From Bacteroidales bacterium (lineage in GTDB: Bacteria; Bacteroidota; Bacteroidia; Bacteroidales; UBA7960), in the NCBI GenBank assembly GCA_003552075.1, contig PUOJ01000123.1:1-63169 (forward strand): a stretch of 63,169 nt of DNA. Reading direction: 5' to 3'. The translations under genes were made by a program, and so were the position numbers. How positions within the stretch are numbered: position 1 is the first letter of the stretch; each line of letters starts with the position of its first letter. Below, in pieces: positions 11,638-21,322 of the stretch. The notes under the pieces are model-generated. The model did not search any database and was not told the origin of the DNA. It was given only the letters and a program-made list of their open reading frames with translations.

Positions 11638-13833
11638 TTACAGGATGGAGTATGCAACCGCCACACCCACGGTCACCACGGAAGCCATCACCATCAACTT
11701 AATGAGGATGTTCAGGCTGGGGCCGGAAGTATCTTTAAAGGGGTCACCCACGGTATCTCCTGTGATGGCAGCTTTGTGGCTCTCTGAGCCTTTGCCGCCA
11801 TAATGTCCTTCTTCGATGTATTTTTTGGCGTTATCCCAGGCACCACCGGCGTTGGCCATAAAGATGGCGAGGGCGAAGCCGCTGGAGATCGTTCCGAGCA
11901 GGAGGCCCGACACGCCAGGCACGCCAAACACCAGTCCGACGACCACCGGGATCATCAGGGCGATCAAGGAGGGCAACAACATTTCCCTTTGCGCACCTTT
12001 GGTGGAAATATGCACACAGCGGGCATAATCCGGTTCGGTTTTTCCTTCCATGATTCCTGGCATGGTGGCGAACTGCCTGCGCACTTCGTCGACCATTTTC
12101 TGGGCTGCCCGTCCCACGGCATTCATGGTGAGCCCGCTGAACAGGAACACGGCCATCACACCCAGCAGGATGCCGACAATTACCTTCGGGTTCATCAGGT
12201 TCACTTGGTAGTGGTGTACAAAGTCCATGAATTCTGCTTCCATGGCAGGAATGTTATTAATCAGCGCATCGGGCATGTCGAGGAACTTGACAAACATCAT
12301 GCGCACCTCCTCGAAATAGGAGGCGAGCAGGGCGAGGGCGGTAAGGGCGGCAGAACCGATGGCGAAGCCTTTTCCGGTAGCGGCCGTGGTGTTACCAAGG
12401 GCATCCAGGGCGTCGGTACGGCTTCTGACCTCTTCACCCAGCCCGCACATTTCGGCGTTGCCACCGGCATTATCGGCAATGGGGCCATAGGCATCCGTGG
12501 CCAGGGTGATGCCAAGCGTGGATAGCAGGCCAACGGCTGAGATGCCAATCCCATAAAGTCCGACATTGAGGCTGCCCAGGTCGAAGGTAAAACCGGTAGC
12601 AAAAAGGAATGCCAGTGTAATGGCGATTACAATGATAAACAGGGGTACTGCGGCCGAGATCAACCCGGTGCCCACCCCGCTAATGATCAGCGTGGCGTTG
12701 CCTGTCTGTGCAGATTCAGCAATTTTGCGGGTAGGCCTGTAGGCAGATGCAGTAAAATATTCTGTCGACTGGCCGATACCGATACCGGCAAGCAGTCCCA
12801 CCACGATGGAACCCCAGATGCCGAGATAGTTGGGCAAATCCAGGAAGTATAATATGAAGAATGAGGCAATGACTATGAGAATGGCGCTCATGTTGACCCC
12901 AAAACCCAGGGAGCGCAACAGTTGTTTTTGTGTGGCGCCCTCGCGTGTGCGCACCAGGAACACGCCCAGGATGGAAAGCAAGGTGCCTGTGGCAGCAATG
13001 AGCATGGGTGCAATCACGGCATTGAATTGCATATGCAGAAGATCCTCGCCCATGAAGGCAGCGGCACCCAACAGTGCGGTGGCCAGGATGGAAGCGGCAA
13101 AAGACTCAAAAAGGTCGGCACCCATTCCGGCCACATCGCCCACATTGTCGCCTACGTTGTCGGCGATGGTCGCAGGGTTGCGCGGGTCATCCTCGGGGAT
13201 GCCGGCCTCCACCTTTCCGACAAGGTCGGCACCGACGTCGGCAGCCTTGGTGTAAATACCCCCACCCACACGGGCAAAAAGTGCCTGCGTAGAAGCACCC
13301 ATCCCAAAAGTCAGCATGATGGCGGTGATGGTCATCAATTTAAAACCGGGTTCCATCTCCGGGATAAAGCTGTTCAGAATGATGAACCAGGCCGAGACAT
13401 CAAGCAGCACCAGGCCAACCACCACGAGGCCCATGACGGCACCACTCCGGAAAGCCAGCCGCAGTCCACCATCAAGAGAGGTGCGGCAGGCATTGGCCAC
13501 ACGGCCTGAGGCATAAGTGGCCGCTTTCATGCCAAAAAAACCGGCTAAGCCTGAGAAAAAGCCGCCGGTTATAAAGGCAAAAGGCACCCAGTGATTCTGG
13601 ACGCCTAAACCGTAGGCCAGAAAAGAAAAAATCACCGTGATGACCAAAAACACGATGATTACTACCTTGTACTGCTGGCGCAAATAGGCTGATGCACCTT
13701 TTCGCACATGCGCAGCAATCTTTTTCATCATGTCGGTGCCCTCATCGGCACGCATCATGTTCCTGAAGAAATACCAGGCAAAGCCCAGCGCCAATAAGGA
13801 ACTAATAGGAACTAACCAAAAAACGGAAGGCAT
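11638..13833 (-). CDS. hppA: membrane-bound H+/Na+-translocating pyrophosphatase
   Basis: 731-aa polytopic protein with [29 protein letters not shown] and [17 protein letters not shown]. Confidence 0.95.
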   Translation of the reverse strand: MPSVFWLVPISSLLALGFAWYFFRNMMRADEGTDMMKKIAAHVRKGASAYLRQQYKVVIIVFLVITVIFSFLAYGLGVQNHWVPFAFITGGFFSGLAGFFGMKAATYASGRVANACRTSLDGGLRLAFRSGAVMGLVVVGLVLLDVSAWFIILNSFIPEMEPGFKLMTITAIMLTFGMGASTQALFARVGGGIYTKAADVGADLVGKVEAGIPEDDPRNPATIADNVGDNVGDVAGMGADLFESFAASILATALLGAAAFMGEDLLHMQFNAVIAPMLIAATGTLLSILGVFLVRTREGATQKQLLRSLGFGVNMSAILIVIASFFILYFLDLPNYLGIWGSIVVGLLAGIGIGQSTEYFTASAYRPTRKIAESAQTGNATLIISGVGTGLISAAVPLFIIVIAITLAFLFATGFTFDLGSLNVGLYGIGISAVGLLSTLGITLATDAYGPIADNAGGNAEMCGLGEEVRSRTDALDALGNTTAATGKGFAIGSAALTALALLASYFEEVRMMFVKFLDMPDALINNIPAMEAEFMDFVHHYQVNLMNPKVIVGILLGVMAVFLFSGLTMNAVGRAAQKMVDEVRRQFATMPGIMEGKTEPDYARCVHISTKGAQREMLLPSLIALMIPVVVGLVFGVPGVSGLLLGTISSGFALAIFMANAGGAWDNAKKYIEEGHYGGKGSESHKAAITGDTVGDPFKDTSGPSLNILIKLMVMASVVTVGVAVAYSIL

Positions 13834-14111
13834 TTTTCTTTGTTTTATAGATTATGTGTAATAGAGTGAATTACAACGTACAGCGGCAAAAATAAGTATT
13901 AATCTATTGCCAAAAGCAAGCAAAAGGGCAATTTTTTTAAAAATGCGTATAACCCGCTGCCATCAGGGCCTGGCGACAAACTATACACAGACTATACCCG
14001 CAACAAAACACGGGCATTCAGTCAAAAAGCCTGCAGGGTGTTCGATAAAAATACGTATTTTTGTTATTTACAGAAGCTGTTGATGAAATCATTTTTTGAA
14101 GGAAGCTGCTT

Positions 14112-14732
14112 ATGAAGAAAATTAAACTGGAGATTCTCGGGATATCATACAGCCAGTCACAATCCGGTGCTTATGCGCTTATATTCGGCGAAGAAGGTAA
14201 AAAGCGGCGGTTGCCTATCATCATAGGCAGTTTTGAAGCGCAGGCCATCGCCATTGAACTGGAAAAAATGAAGCCCAGCAGGCCCCTCACCCATGACCTT
14301 TTCAAAAATTTTGCAAGCACTTTCAACATCAGTGTCACCGAAGTCATCATCTATAAATTCAGTGAAGGCATCTTTTATGCCAAGCTGATCTGTTTTGATG
14401 GCATCAAAGAAGTGGAGATAGATTCACGTACTTCCGATGCAGTAGCCATTGCTGTCCGGTTTAAATGCCCCATATACACGTATAAAAACATCCTTGATGC
14501 TGCAGGCATTGTCATGCAGGAGGGTGATGAGTCACTGGAAGGCCAGCCCGGCAAAGCCGCCACGGAGAAGCCAGAAGCAAAGGCCCCCGGCGCTGCAGGC
14601 GATGACCAGTACAACCAGATGACCCTCAAGGAGCTTGAGAAAAAGTTAATGGAGGCAATCGATGCGGAAGCCTATGAAAAAGCATCTGTGATCCGCGACG
14701 AGATCAACAAGAGAAAAAGCAGCAATAAATAA
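14112..14732 (+). CDS. bifunctional nuclease (BFN/DUF151) domain protein with C-terminal UVR motif
   Basis: LPIIIGSFEAQAIAIELEK...RPLTHDLF is the BFN-domain pattern. The C-terminus LKELEKKLMEAIDAEAYEKASVIRDEINKRK resembles a UvrB/C-type UVR helix. Confidence 0.75.
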   Translation: MKKIKLEILGISYSQSQSGAYALIFGEEGKKRRLPIIIGSFEAQAIAIELEKMKPSRPLTHDLFKNFASTFNISVTEVIIYKFSEGIFYAKLICFDGIKEVEIDSRTSDAVAIAVRFKCPIYTYKNILDAAGIVMQEGDESLEGQPGKAATEKPEAKAPGAAGDDQYNQMTLKELEKKLMEAIDAEAYEKASVIRDEINKRKSSNK

Positions 14733-14780
14733 CCCATATTCTTTTCCCAACTTCATCCATCTTTCAATTTGCTACTGCCA

Positions 14781-16613
14781 ATGAAGAAGAAAACTACGCT
14801 TTTCAGGTTTGCATTGTTGATTCTCGTGCCGCTCATGGCTTTGAGCGCCTGCAACAACGACACGGCCCAGGAAGGGCTCGCCGACATATCCCGCGTCTGG
14901 TCTTTTGAAGTGATCGAGGACAAGGAGACCAGAGAAGAGATCACCACCACACCAGGAGACACCCTTTCGATTGTGGAAACCGATGAAGAGCAAACCTTCA
15001 CGGTGGATTCAGACTTCTGGGAGCTAGACACCCGCGGAAGCTGGACCCGGTATGCCGACACATTGCGTCTGCTCCCTGAGCTCCCCGAGCTCACCAAAGA
15101 AGTAGACTCCATCGTATACCAGGTGGAAAATGGCACGCCGCTGCTCCATTACTACCACGATGGTGAAATGGTTGCCAGGCATACCGAGGAAAGCCTCAGG
15201 GGTGATGAGCAACCCCTGGTGTTCGTCATCGAGAAGCTTACGGAAAATGAGCTCGTCATGACAGATGAAGATTACCGCTATACCTTGAAATACACCCCCG
15301 TGGATGTCCATGAGTATGCGTTTGGCATCACCTCCATCCTGAGGGGCCTGCTGGGAATGTTTGTCCTGATCGGCATTGCCTATGTGTTCAGCGCAAACAG
15401 GAAGGCGATTTCCTGGCGCGTGGTGGGGATCGGCCTATCCGTCCAGGTCCTCCTGGCCTTTGGCGTTTTGCAGGTTCCAGCCGTCCAGTTCTTCTTTGAG
15501 ACCATCGGATCCTTTTTCGTGATCATCCTGGACTTCACAAAGGCCGGTACGGACTTCCTGTTTGAAGGCTTTCTCGACACGGAAAGGTTTGGATATATCT
15601 TTGCCTTCCAGGTTCTTCCCACCATCATCTTTTTCTCCGCCCTGACCAGCTTGTTGTTCTATCTCGGCATCATTCAAAAAATCGTGTTTGGCATGGCCTG
15701 GCTGATGACAAAGATCATGCGGCTCTCAGGGGCAGAAAGCCTATCTGTGGCAGGCAACATCTTCCTGGGGCAAACGGAGTCGCCACTGATGATCAAGGCC
15801 TATCTGCCCAACATGACCAAATCGGAGATTTTACTTGTGATGACCGGTGGCATGGCGACCCTTGCCGGTGGTGTGCTGGCAGCCTATATCAGCTTCCTGG
15901 GTGGCGATGACCCCGTACAGCGCCTGATGTTTGCACAACACCTGCTGGCAGCTTCCATCATGGCCGCTCCCGGAGCCGTGGTGCTGTCAAAGATCCTCTA
16001 TCCGCAAACCGAAGAGATCGACAAGACCATGGAGATATCCAAAGACCGCATCGGTGACAACATCCTGGACTCCATCACCAACGGAGCGGGCGAAGGCCTT
16101 CGCCTGGCTGCCAACGTGGCTGCCATGCTCCTGGTGTTCATTGCCTTCATTGCCATGTTCAACCACATCGTGGGATATGTCGGCGACATGGCCAACCTGA
16201 ATCCCTGGATCGCAGAAGTGACTGACGGACGGTATGACAGCCTTTCCCTGCAGTTTATCCTGGGATACACCTTTGCCCCGATCATGTGGCTCATCGGGGT
16301 CAGCCTGCCTGACATCACACTTGTGGGCAGACTGCTTGGCGAAAAAATCATTATGACGGAGTTCATTGGTTATCTGAGCCTTGCTGAGCTCCAGGAAGCA
16401 GACGCCTTTGCTGACCCAAAATCCATCATCATGGCCACCTACCTCTTATGTGGTTTCGCAAACTTTGCCAGCATCGGCATCCAGATCGGTGGGATCGGCT
16501 CCCTGGCACCCTCACGCAAAGTGCTTTTGTCGCGCTTCGGTATGCGGGCACTTTTGGGAGGTACACTTGCCGGGCTGATGAGCGCCACGATCGTGGGTAT
16601 GATCATGGGTTAA
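14781..16613 (+). CDS. NupC/CNT-family nucleoside transporter with an extra ~175-aa N-terminal domain
   Basis: The C-terminal ~430 aa are polytopic with a CNT-like [13 protein letters not shown] and [13 protein letters not shown]. The N-terminus has a lipobox-like LMALSAC. ATG at 14781 (the track start 14769 is a TTG). Confidence 0.85.
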   Translation: MKKKTTLFRFALLILVPLMALSACNNDTAQEGLADISRVWSFEVIEDKETREEITTTPGDTLSIVETDEEQTFTVDSDFWELDTRGSWTRYADTLRLLPELPELTKEVDSIVYQVENGTPLLHYYHDGEMVARHTEESLRGDEQPLVFVIEKLTENELVMTDEDYRYTLKYTPVDVHEYAFGITSILRGLLGMFVLIGIAYVFSANRKAISWRVVGIGLSVQVLLAFGVLQVPAVQFFFETIGSFFVIILDFTKAGTDFLFEGFLDTERFGYIFAFQVLPTIIFFSALTSLLFYLGIIQKIVFGMAWLMTKIMRLSGAESLSVAGNIFLGQTESPLMIKAYLPNMTKSEILLVMTGGMATLAGGVLAAYISFLGGDDPVQRLMFAQHLLAASIMAAPGAVVLSKILYPQTEEIDKTMEISKDRIGDNILDSITNGAGEGLRLAANVAAMLLVFIAFIAMFNHIVGYVGDMANLNPWIAEVTDGRYDSLSLQFILGYTFAPIMWLIGVSLPDITLVGRLLGEKIIMTEFIGYLSLAELQEADAFADPKSIIMATYLLCGFANFASIGIQIGGIGSLAPSRKVLLSRFGMRALLGGTLAGLMSATIVGMIMG

Positions 16614-16776
16614 GCCCAGGTGTCTCCGGCGCCGTCGCAAGACATGCGCAGCCTGCACAACGTATCCGGAAAAACTGAACACACTTCCGGAAGAACAGAA
16701 AATCCTCCCGCACCTCATGGTGATGAAGGGACATCTACGATCGAAGTACCGCTTTGAACCTTTAATGAACGCAAGC

Positions 16777-17568
16777 ATGCAACAGTATCTCCATCTGCTG
16801 GACCACATATTGCAAAACGGTGTCAGGAAAAGCGACCGCACGGGCACCGGTACCCTGAGTGTTTTCGGTCACCAGATGCGCTTTGACCTGGCTCAGGGCT
16901 TTCCCCTGGTGACCACCAAAAAGCTGCATCTCCGTTCCATCATCCATGAATTGCTTTGGTTTTTGCAGGGAGATACTAACATCCGGTACCTGAACGACCG
17001 GGGCGTATCTATATGGGATGAATGGGCTGACGCAGAAGGCAACCTGGGCCCGGTTTACGGCGCGCAGTGGCGAAGCTGGCCCGCAGACGGCGGACATGTT
17101 GACCAGGTCGCTGAGGTGATTGAACAAATCAAAAATAACCCGGACTCCAGGCGGCTAATGGTCAGCGCATGGAATGTGGGCGAACTGGCACGCATGGCCT
17201 TGCCCCCATGCCACGTCCTGTTCCAGTTCTATGTGGCCAACGGAAAACTGTCACTGCAACTCTATCAACGCAGTGCCGACATATTCCTGGGTGTGCCTTT
17301 CAACATCGCCTCCTATGCACTGCTCACCATGATGGTGGCACAAGCATGCAAACTGGAACCCGGAGAATTTATCCACAGCTTCGGAGATGCACACCTCTAC
17401 CTGAACCACCTGGATCAGGCCAGGCTTCAACTCAGCCGCGAGCCAAGACCCCTTCCTGCCATGACAATGAACCCGGATATTTTGGATATCTTTGCCTTCC
17501 GGTATGATGACTTTGAGCTCACGGGCTACGACCCCCATCCACACATAAAAGCACCTGTTGCCGTATGA
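16777..17568 (+). CDS. thyA: thymidylate synthase
   Basis: [38 protein letters not shown], the active-site motif [12 protein letters not shown], and a C-terminal ...IKAPVAV. Confidence 0.97.
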   Translation: MQQYLHLLDHILQNGVRKSDRTGTGTLSVFGHQMRFDLAQGFPLVTTKKLHLRSIIHELLWFLQGDTNIRYLNDRGVSIWDEWADAEGNLGPVYGAQWRSWPADGGHVDQVAEVIEQIKNNPDSRRLMVSAWNVGELARMALPPCHVLFQFYVANGKLSLQLYQRSADIFLGVPFNIASYALLTMMVAQACKLEPGEFIHSFGDAHLYLNHLDQARLQLSREPRPLPAMTMNPDILDIFAFRYDDFELTGYDPHPHIKAPVAV

Positions 17569-17619
17569 TGCGCAACATCCACCAGCTCTCAGAATCTACT
17601 AACCAAAGCCGCTTGTCTT

Positions 17620-18123
17620 ATGAAGATGTACATCATTGCTGCCATTGCCAACAACAATGTGATTGGCAGCGAAAACCGGCTGATATGGCACCTGCCGGCA
17701 GACCTGAAGCACTTCAGGGAGCTCACTATGGGACACACCCTGATCATGGGAAGAAAAACCTTTGAGTCGATAGGAAAACCCCTTAAAGGTAGGAAAACCA
17801 TCGTGGTGACCTCCAGAAAGGATTACGATGCCCAAGGTGAACAAGTAGCCCACGACATCAAAGAGGCCATCAGGATGGTCAAAGATGAAAAAGAAGTGTT
17901 TGTGGCAGGCGGATCGGATATCTATGAACAGACGATAGCCCTTTATCACACCCGACGCATGTATATTACCAGGGTGTATGCCAACTTCGAGGGCGATGCA
18001 TTTTTTCCTGATATTGACCTGGATCAATGGGAGCTCATCGACATGGAAGAATATGAGCCGGACGATAAAAACAAATACCCTTACGCCTTCATGACGTACA
18101 AGAAGAAGGCCAGGTGCCGTTAA
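17620..18123 (+). CDS. folA: dihydrofolate reductase
   Basis: IAAIANNNVIGSENRLIWHLPADLKHFRELTMGHTLIMGRKTFESIG. It lies directly downstream of thyA. Confidence 0.95.
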   Translation: MKMYIIAAIANNNVIGSENRLIWHLPADLKHFRELTMGHTLIMGRKTFESIGKPLKGRKTIVVTSRKDYDAQGEQVAHDIKEAIRMVKDEKEVFVAGGSDIYEQTIALYHTRRMYITRVYANFEGDAFFPDIDLDQWELIDMEEYEPDDKNKYPYAFMTYKKKARCR

Positions 18124-18133
18124 ATCACTTCCC

Positions 18134-19396
18134 TTATTCCCCCATGAAAGTTTTCAGCGGTTCCTGCCGGGCAGCCGGGAAAAGCACATTGTTGAGGATC
18201 AGCCGGTATCCCGGAGAATTCGGAAACAGGTCGAGGTCCGTGGGTGGATCGCCTACGTGATGCCGGTAGTCTTCCGGGTCATGACCGCCCAGAAAGGTAA
18301 AGGTGCCATCTCCCCGTGCGCCGTGGATATAGCGGGCTTCATCCTTGGACCGGTTTTCTCCCAGGATGGTCACGGTCGGCTTGATGACTTTGTTCCGGAA
18401 TGCGGTGGTCTGTCCCATAAAGCCCTTGACTACCATCTCATGGTTCTGGGTCAGCATCGTGGGAACGGGGTCCCATTTTGCAGAAAACTCAAAGAGGGTA
18501 AAAAAGTCGGTTTGCTCATTGCGGCCGGTTTTCGGCACGTCGATATTGGACTTCTCATATATCGCCGGATCAGGTACGATGGTAAAGTTTTCGAAGGCAA
18601 ATGTCTTTGAGAAATCAAGTCTTTCCTGGGCGTCGGGGTCGGGTGGCCTGTCGTTGTACACCTCATGCAGGATGTCTACGCCTTCGGCCGCCAGGGCGAT
18701 GTCGATGCTTTCAGGTGCAGAACACATGGCAAACATATATCCGCCACCCTCCACAAAGTCACGGATCTTTTTTGCCACGGCGAGTTTCAGTTCGGCCACC
18801 TCATCAAAGCCCAGACGCCTTGCTGTTTCTTCGGCAAGCCGGACATCCTCCTGGTACCAGTCGGCATTGCGAAAAGCCAGCCAGAATTTGCCAAACTGGC
18901 CGGTAAAGTCTTCATGGTGCAGGTGCAGCCAGTCGTAGAGCGGCAGCACGCCTGAGAGGACCTCTTCGTCGTAGACCTCATCATAAGGGATTTCAGCGTA
19001 TGTCAGGGCAAGCGTCACCGCATCATCCCAGGGAAGGCTGTTTGGCGGCGTGTACACAGCAATTTCAGGCACTTTGTGCAATCGGATCTCGTCCTTGTTG
19101 ACTTCCGGATCAGCAATTTCACGCAGGATGCCAGCTGCCTGTACATCAGCGATCACCTCATAGCTGACACCACGCACGGTAAGCTCTTCCTCAAATTCCC
19201 GGTGGTGATCAAACATGAAGCTGCCCCCGCGGTAGTTCAGCAACCAGCTCACCTCCACGTCATAGGTAAGTACATGGTAAGCGATGCCGTAGGCTTTCAG
19301 GTGGTTTCTCTGGCTGTCATCCATCGGCACAAGGATCTGTGCACCCTGGACGGACAATGTGAACAATAAAAACAGGCTAACGAAAAGATACTTCAT
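18134..19396 (-). CDS. conserved-looking secreted protein, family not recognised
   Basis: Signal peptide MKYLFVSLFLLFTLSVQGAQ, then a ~400-aa soluble protein (…HHEDFTGQFGKFW…GGYMFAMCSAPESID…FLGGHDPEDY…). The start is set at the ATG at 19396. Confidence 0.7.
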   Translation of the reverse strand: MKYLFVSLFLLFTLSVQGAQILVPMDDSQRNHLKAYGIAYHVLTYDVEVSWLLNYRGGSFMFDHHREFEEELTVRGVSYEVIADVQAAGILREIADPEVNKDEIRLHKVPEIAVYTPPNSLPWDDAVTLALTYAEIPYDEVYDEEVLSGVLPLYDWLHLHHEDFTGQFGKFWLAFRNADWYQEDVRLAEETARRLGFDEVAELKLAVAKKIRDFVEGGGYMFAMCSAPESIDIALAAEGVDILHEVYNDRPPDPDAQERLDFSKTFAFENFTIVPDPAIYEKSNIDVPKTGRNEQTDFFTLFEFSAKWDPVPTMLTQNHEMVVKGFMGQTTAFRNKVIKPTVTILGENRSKDEARYIHGARGDGTFTFLGGHDPEDYRHHVGDPPTDLDLFPNSPGYRLILNNVLFPAARQEPLKTFMGE

Positions 19397-19666
19397 AGTA
19401 GTCATTATTTTTTTTGTTTGCAACGCATACACCGTGTCTGCTTCAGTAGAAGCCGGCTTTCAAACACACTTCAGCCCGAACCATTCTGTCTCAACTGCTT
19501 GCATGGCTTGCTTGCTGCCATTTTCCAGCCATTTTATTCTTACAAGTAACACATCATGCAGCTTACAACCGGCTGCTATCTGAAGACAGCCTGGTGAGAT
19601 GTGTCATGCCCTTGAGTATAAGCAAAAAGCATGCAAAATGTTCAGTAAAATGCAAAGAGATCCGGA

Positions 19667-21202
19667 TCAGAAGGGCACATCATCGTCATCCAGGTCGTCA
19701 TTCATTTTGGATGGGATGGTATAGGTGTTGGCGTCATCGTCGAAGGCATCGGACGGTTTCAAGTCAGCACCCATGCCATAATCTCCTGATTCGTATTCAG
19801 TAAACTTTGCGAAGTTTTGAATAAAACGCAGGCTGATGTCTTTTAGTGCACCGTTACGGTGTTTGGCGATGATGAGTTGTGCAAGGCCTTCGGTGGAGTT
19901 GCCTTGCTCGTCTTCGGTGATCTGGTAGTATTCGGGGCGATACAGGAACAGCACCATGTCTGCGTCCTGCTCGATGGCTCCTGACTCCCGGAGGTCAGAA
20001 AGGATGGGTCTTTTGGATCCACCTCGTGTTTCTACGGCACGGCTGAGCTGGCTGATGGCCACCACAGGGATATCCAGCTCTTTGGCCAGGCTTTTCATGG
20101 AGCGGGAGATGTTGCTGATCTCCTGCTCCCTGTTGCCCCGGTGGTTATCTGAGCCTGAGGTCATCAGCTGGAGGTAATCGACCACCACAAGCTGGATGTC
20201 GTGCTGTGCTTTGAGTCTCCGGCATTTGGCGCGGAGTTCAAAGATGGAGAGTGCGGGGGTGTCATCGATAAACAGGGGGGCGTCGGTAAGGGACCCTAGC
20301 CGGGCATTGAGTTGTTCCCACTCATATTGCTCGAGTTGACCCCGCCGGAGTTTGTCCGCTGCCAGCTCGGATTCACTGGCGATCAAACGGGTGACGAGTT
20401 GAACGCCGGACATCTCCAGGGAAAACACCGCAATGGGTTTCTTGAAGTCGACGGCCATATTCCTTGCCATGGAGAGGATAAAAGCGGTTTTACCCATGCC
20501 GGGGCGTGCCGCAAGGATGACCAGGTCAGACTTTTGCCATCCGGCCGTCACCCTGTCGAGGTCAGAAAAGCCGCTGGGAATACCAGTGATATGCCCCTCC
20601 TGGTCTTTGGCTCCTTCAATCTGTTTCACAGCCTCCTTGACAAGGGAGTGCATGTCATCATAACTTCGGCGCAAATTGGTTTCACTGACAGCAAAGAGTT
20701 CTTTTTCTGCCTTATCCAGGATGTCAAACACATCCGTGCTGTCCTCGTAGGAGTCTTTGATGATCTCGGAACTGATCCTGATGAGCTCCCTTTGCAGGTG
20801 TTTCTGCAGCAGGATGCGGGCATGGTATTCCACATTGGCGGAGCTGGCCACGCGATTGGTCAGCATGGAAATGGTATAGGCGCCACCAACCATGTCGAGC
20901 TCGCCTTTTTTCTTCAGGGCTTCGGTGACCGTCAGGATGTCTACTGGTTGGGCGGTGGAAAACAATTCATGGATGACGGCAAATATCTTTTGGTGTCCTT
21001 CCTTATAGAACACCTCCGGCTTGAGGATGTCTACCACATTGGTCAGCGCATTCTGCTCGAGCATGATGGCGCCCAGCACCGCCTCTTCCAGGTCAATGGC
21101 CTGTGGAGGAACCCTGCCGTGATCCGAATAGTCGAGCGAAAAAAAGACCTTTTTGTTCTTGCCACGCGTGCTTTCGCGCACTTTTTGCTCCTTGTTTTCC
21201 AT
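19667..21202 (-). CDS. dnaB: replicative DNA helicase
   Basis: 511 aa with the full N-terminal domain. Has Walker A ARPGMGKTAF, FSLEMS, Walker B LVVVDYLQLM, ISQLSR, and the arginine-finger region LSDLRESGAIEQDAD. Confidence 0.97.
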   Translation of the reverse strand: MENKEQKVRESTRGKNKKVFFSLDYSDHGRVPPQAIDLEEAVLGAIMLEQNALTNVVDILKPEVFYKEGHQKIFAVIHELFSTAQPVDILTVTEALKKKGELDMVGGAYTISMLTNRVASSANVEYHARILLQKHLQRELIRISSEIIKDSYEDSTDVFDILDKAEKELFAVSETNLRRSYDDMHSLVKEAVKQIEGAKDQEGHITGIPSGFSDLDRVTAGWQKSDLVILAARPGMGKTAFILSMARNMAVDFKKPIAVFSLEMSGVQLVTRLIASESELAADKLRRGQLEQYEWEQLNARLGSLTDAPLFIDDTPALSIFELRAKCRRLKAQHDIQLVVVDYLQLMTSGSDNHRGNREQEISNISRSMKSLAKELDIPVVAISQLSRAVETRGGSKRPILSDLRESGAIEQDADMVLFLYRPEYYQITEDEQGNSTEGLAQLIIAKHRNGALKDISLRFIQNFAKFTEYESGDYGMGADLKPSDAFDDDANTYTIPSKMNDDLDDDDVPF

Positions 21203-21322
21203 ACCTCAAAAGTAAGCATTACCCCTCATGAGGACAACTAAAATGGAAGAAATAATTATTAACAATGGACGGGAGGATGTACTACCTGATAAGTGCAGCC
21301 TGCATGAGGCACCTTGTCTTGA

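Noticed and set aside
11803-13509. Plus-strand ORFs of 141-240 aa opposite hppA
   Set aside because: They are antisense to an unmistakable pyrophosphatase gene and have Gly/His/Arg-rich shadow composition.
20312-21241. 309-aa plus-strand ORF opposite dnaB
   Set aside because: It is antisense to dnaB and has no motifs. The same reasoning applies to 24283-25014 (opposite folD), 25928-26464 (ffh), 27196-27981 (TPR), 34641-35531 (dnaK), 39345-40400 (MerR-B12), 46666-47937 (TPR) and 59044-59658 (carboxylase).
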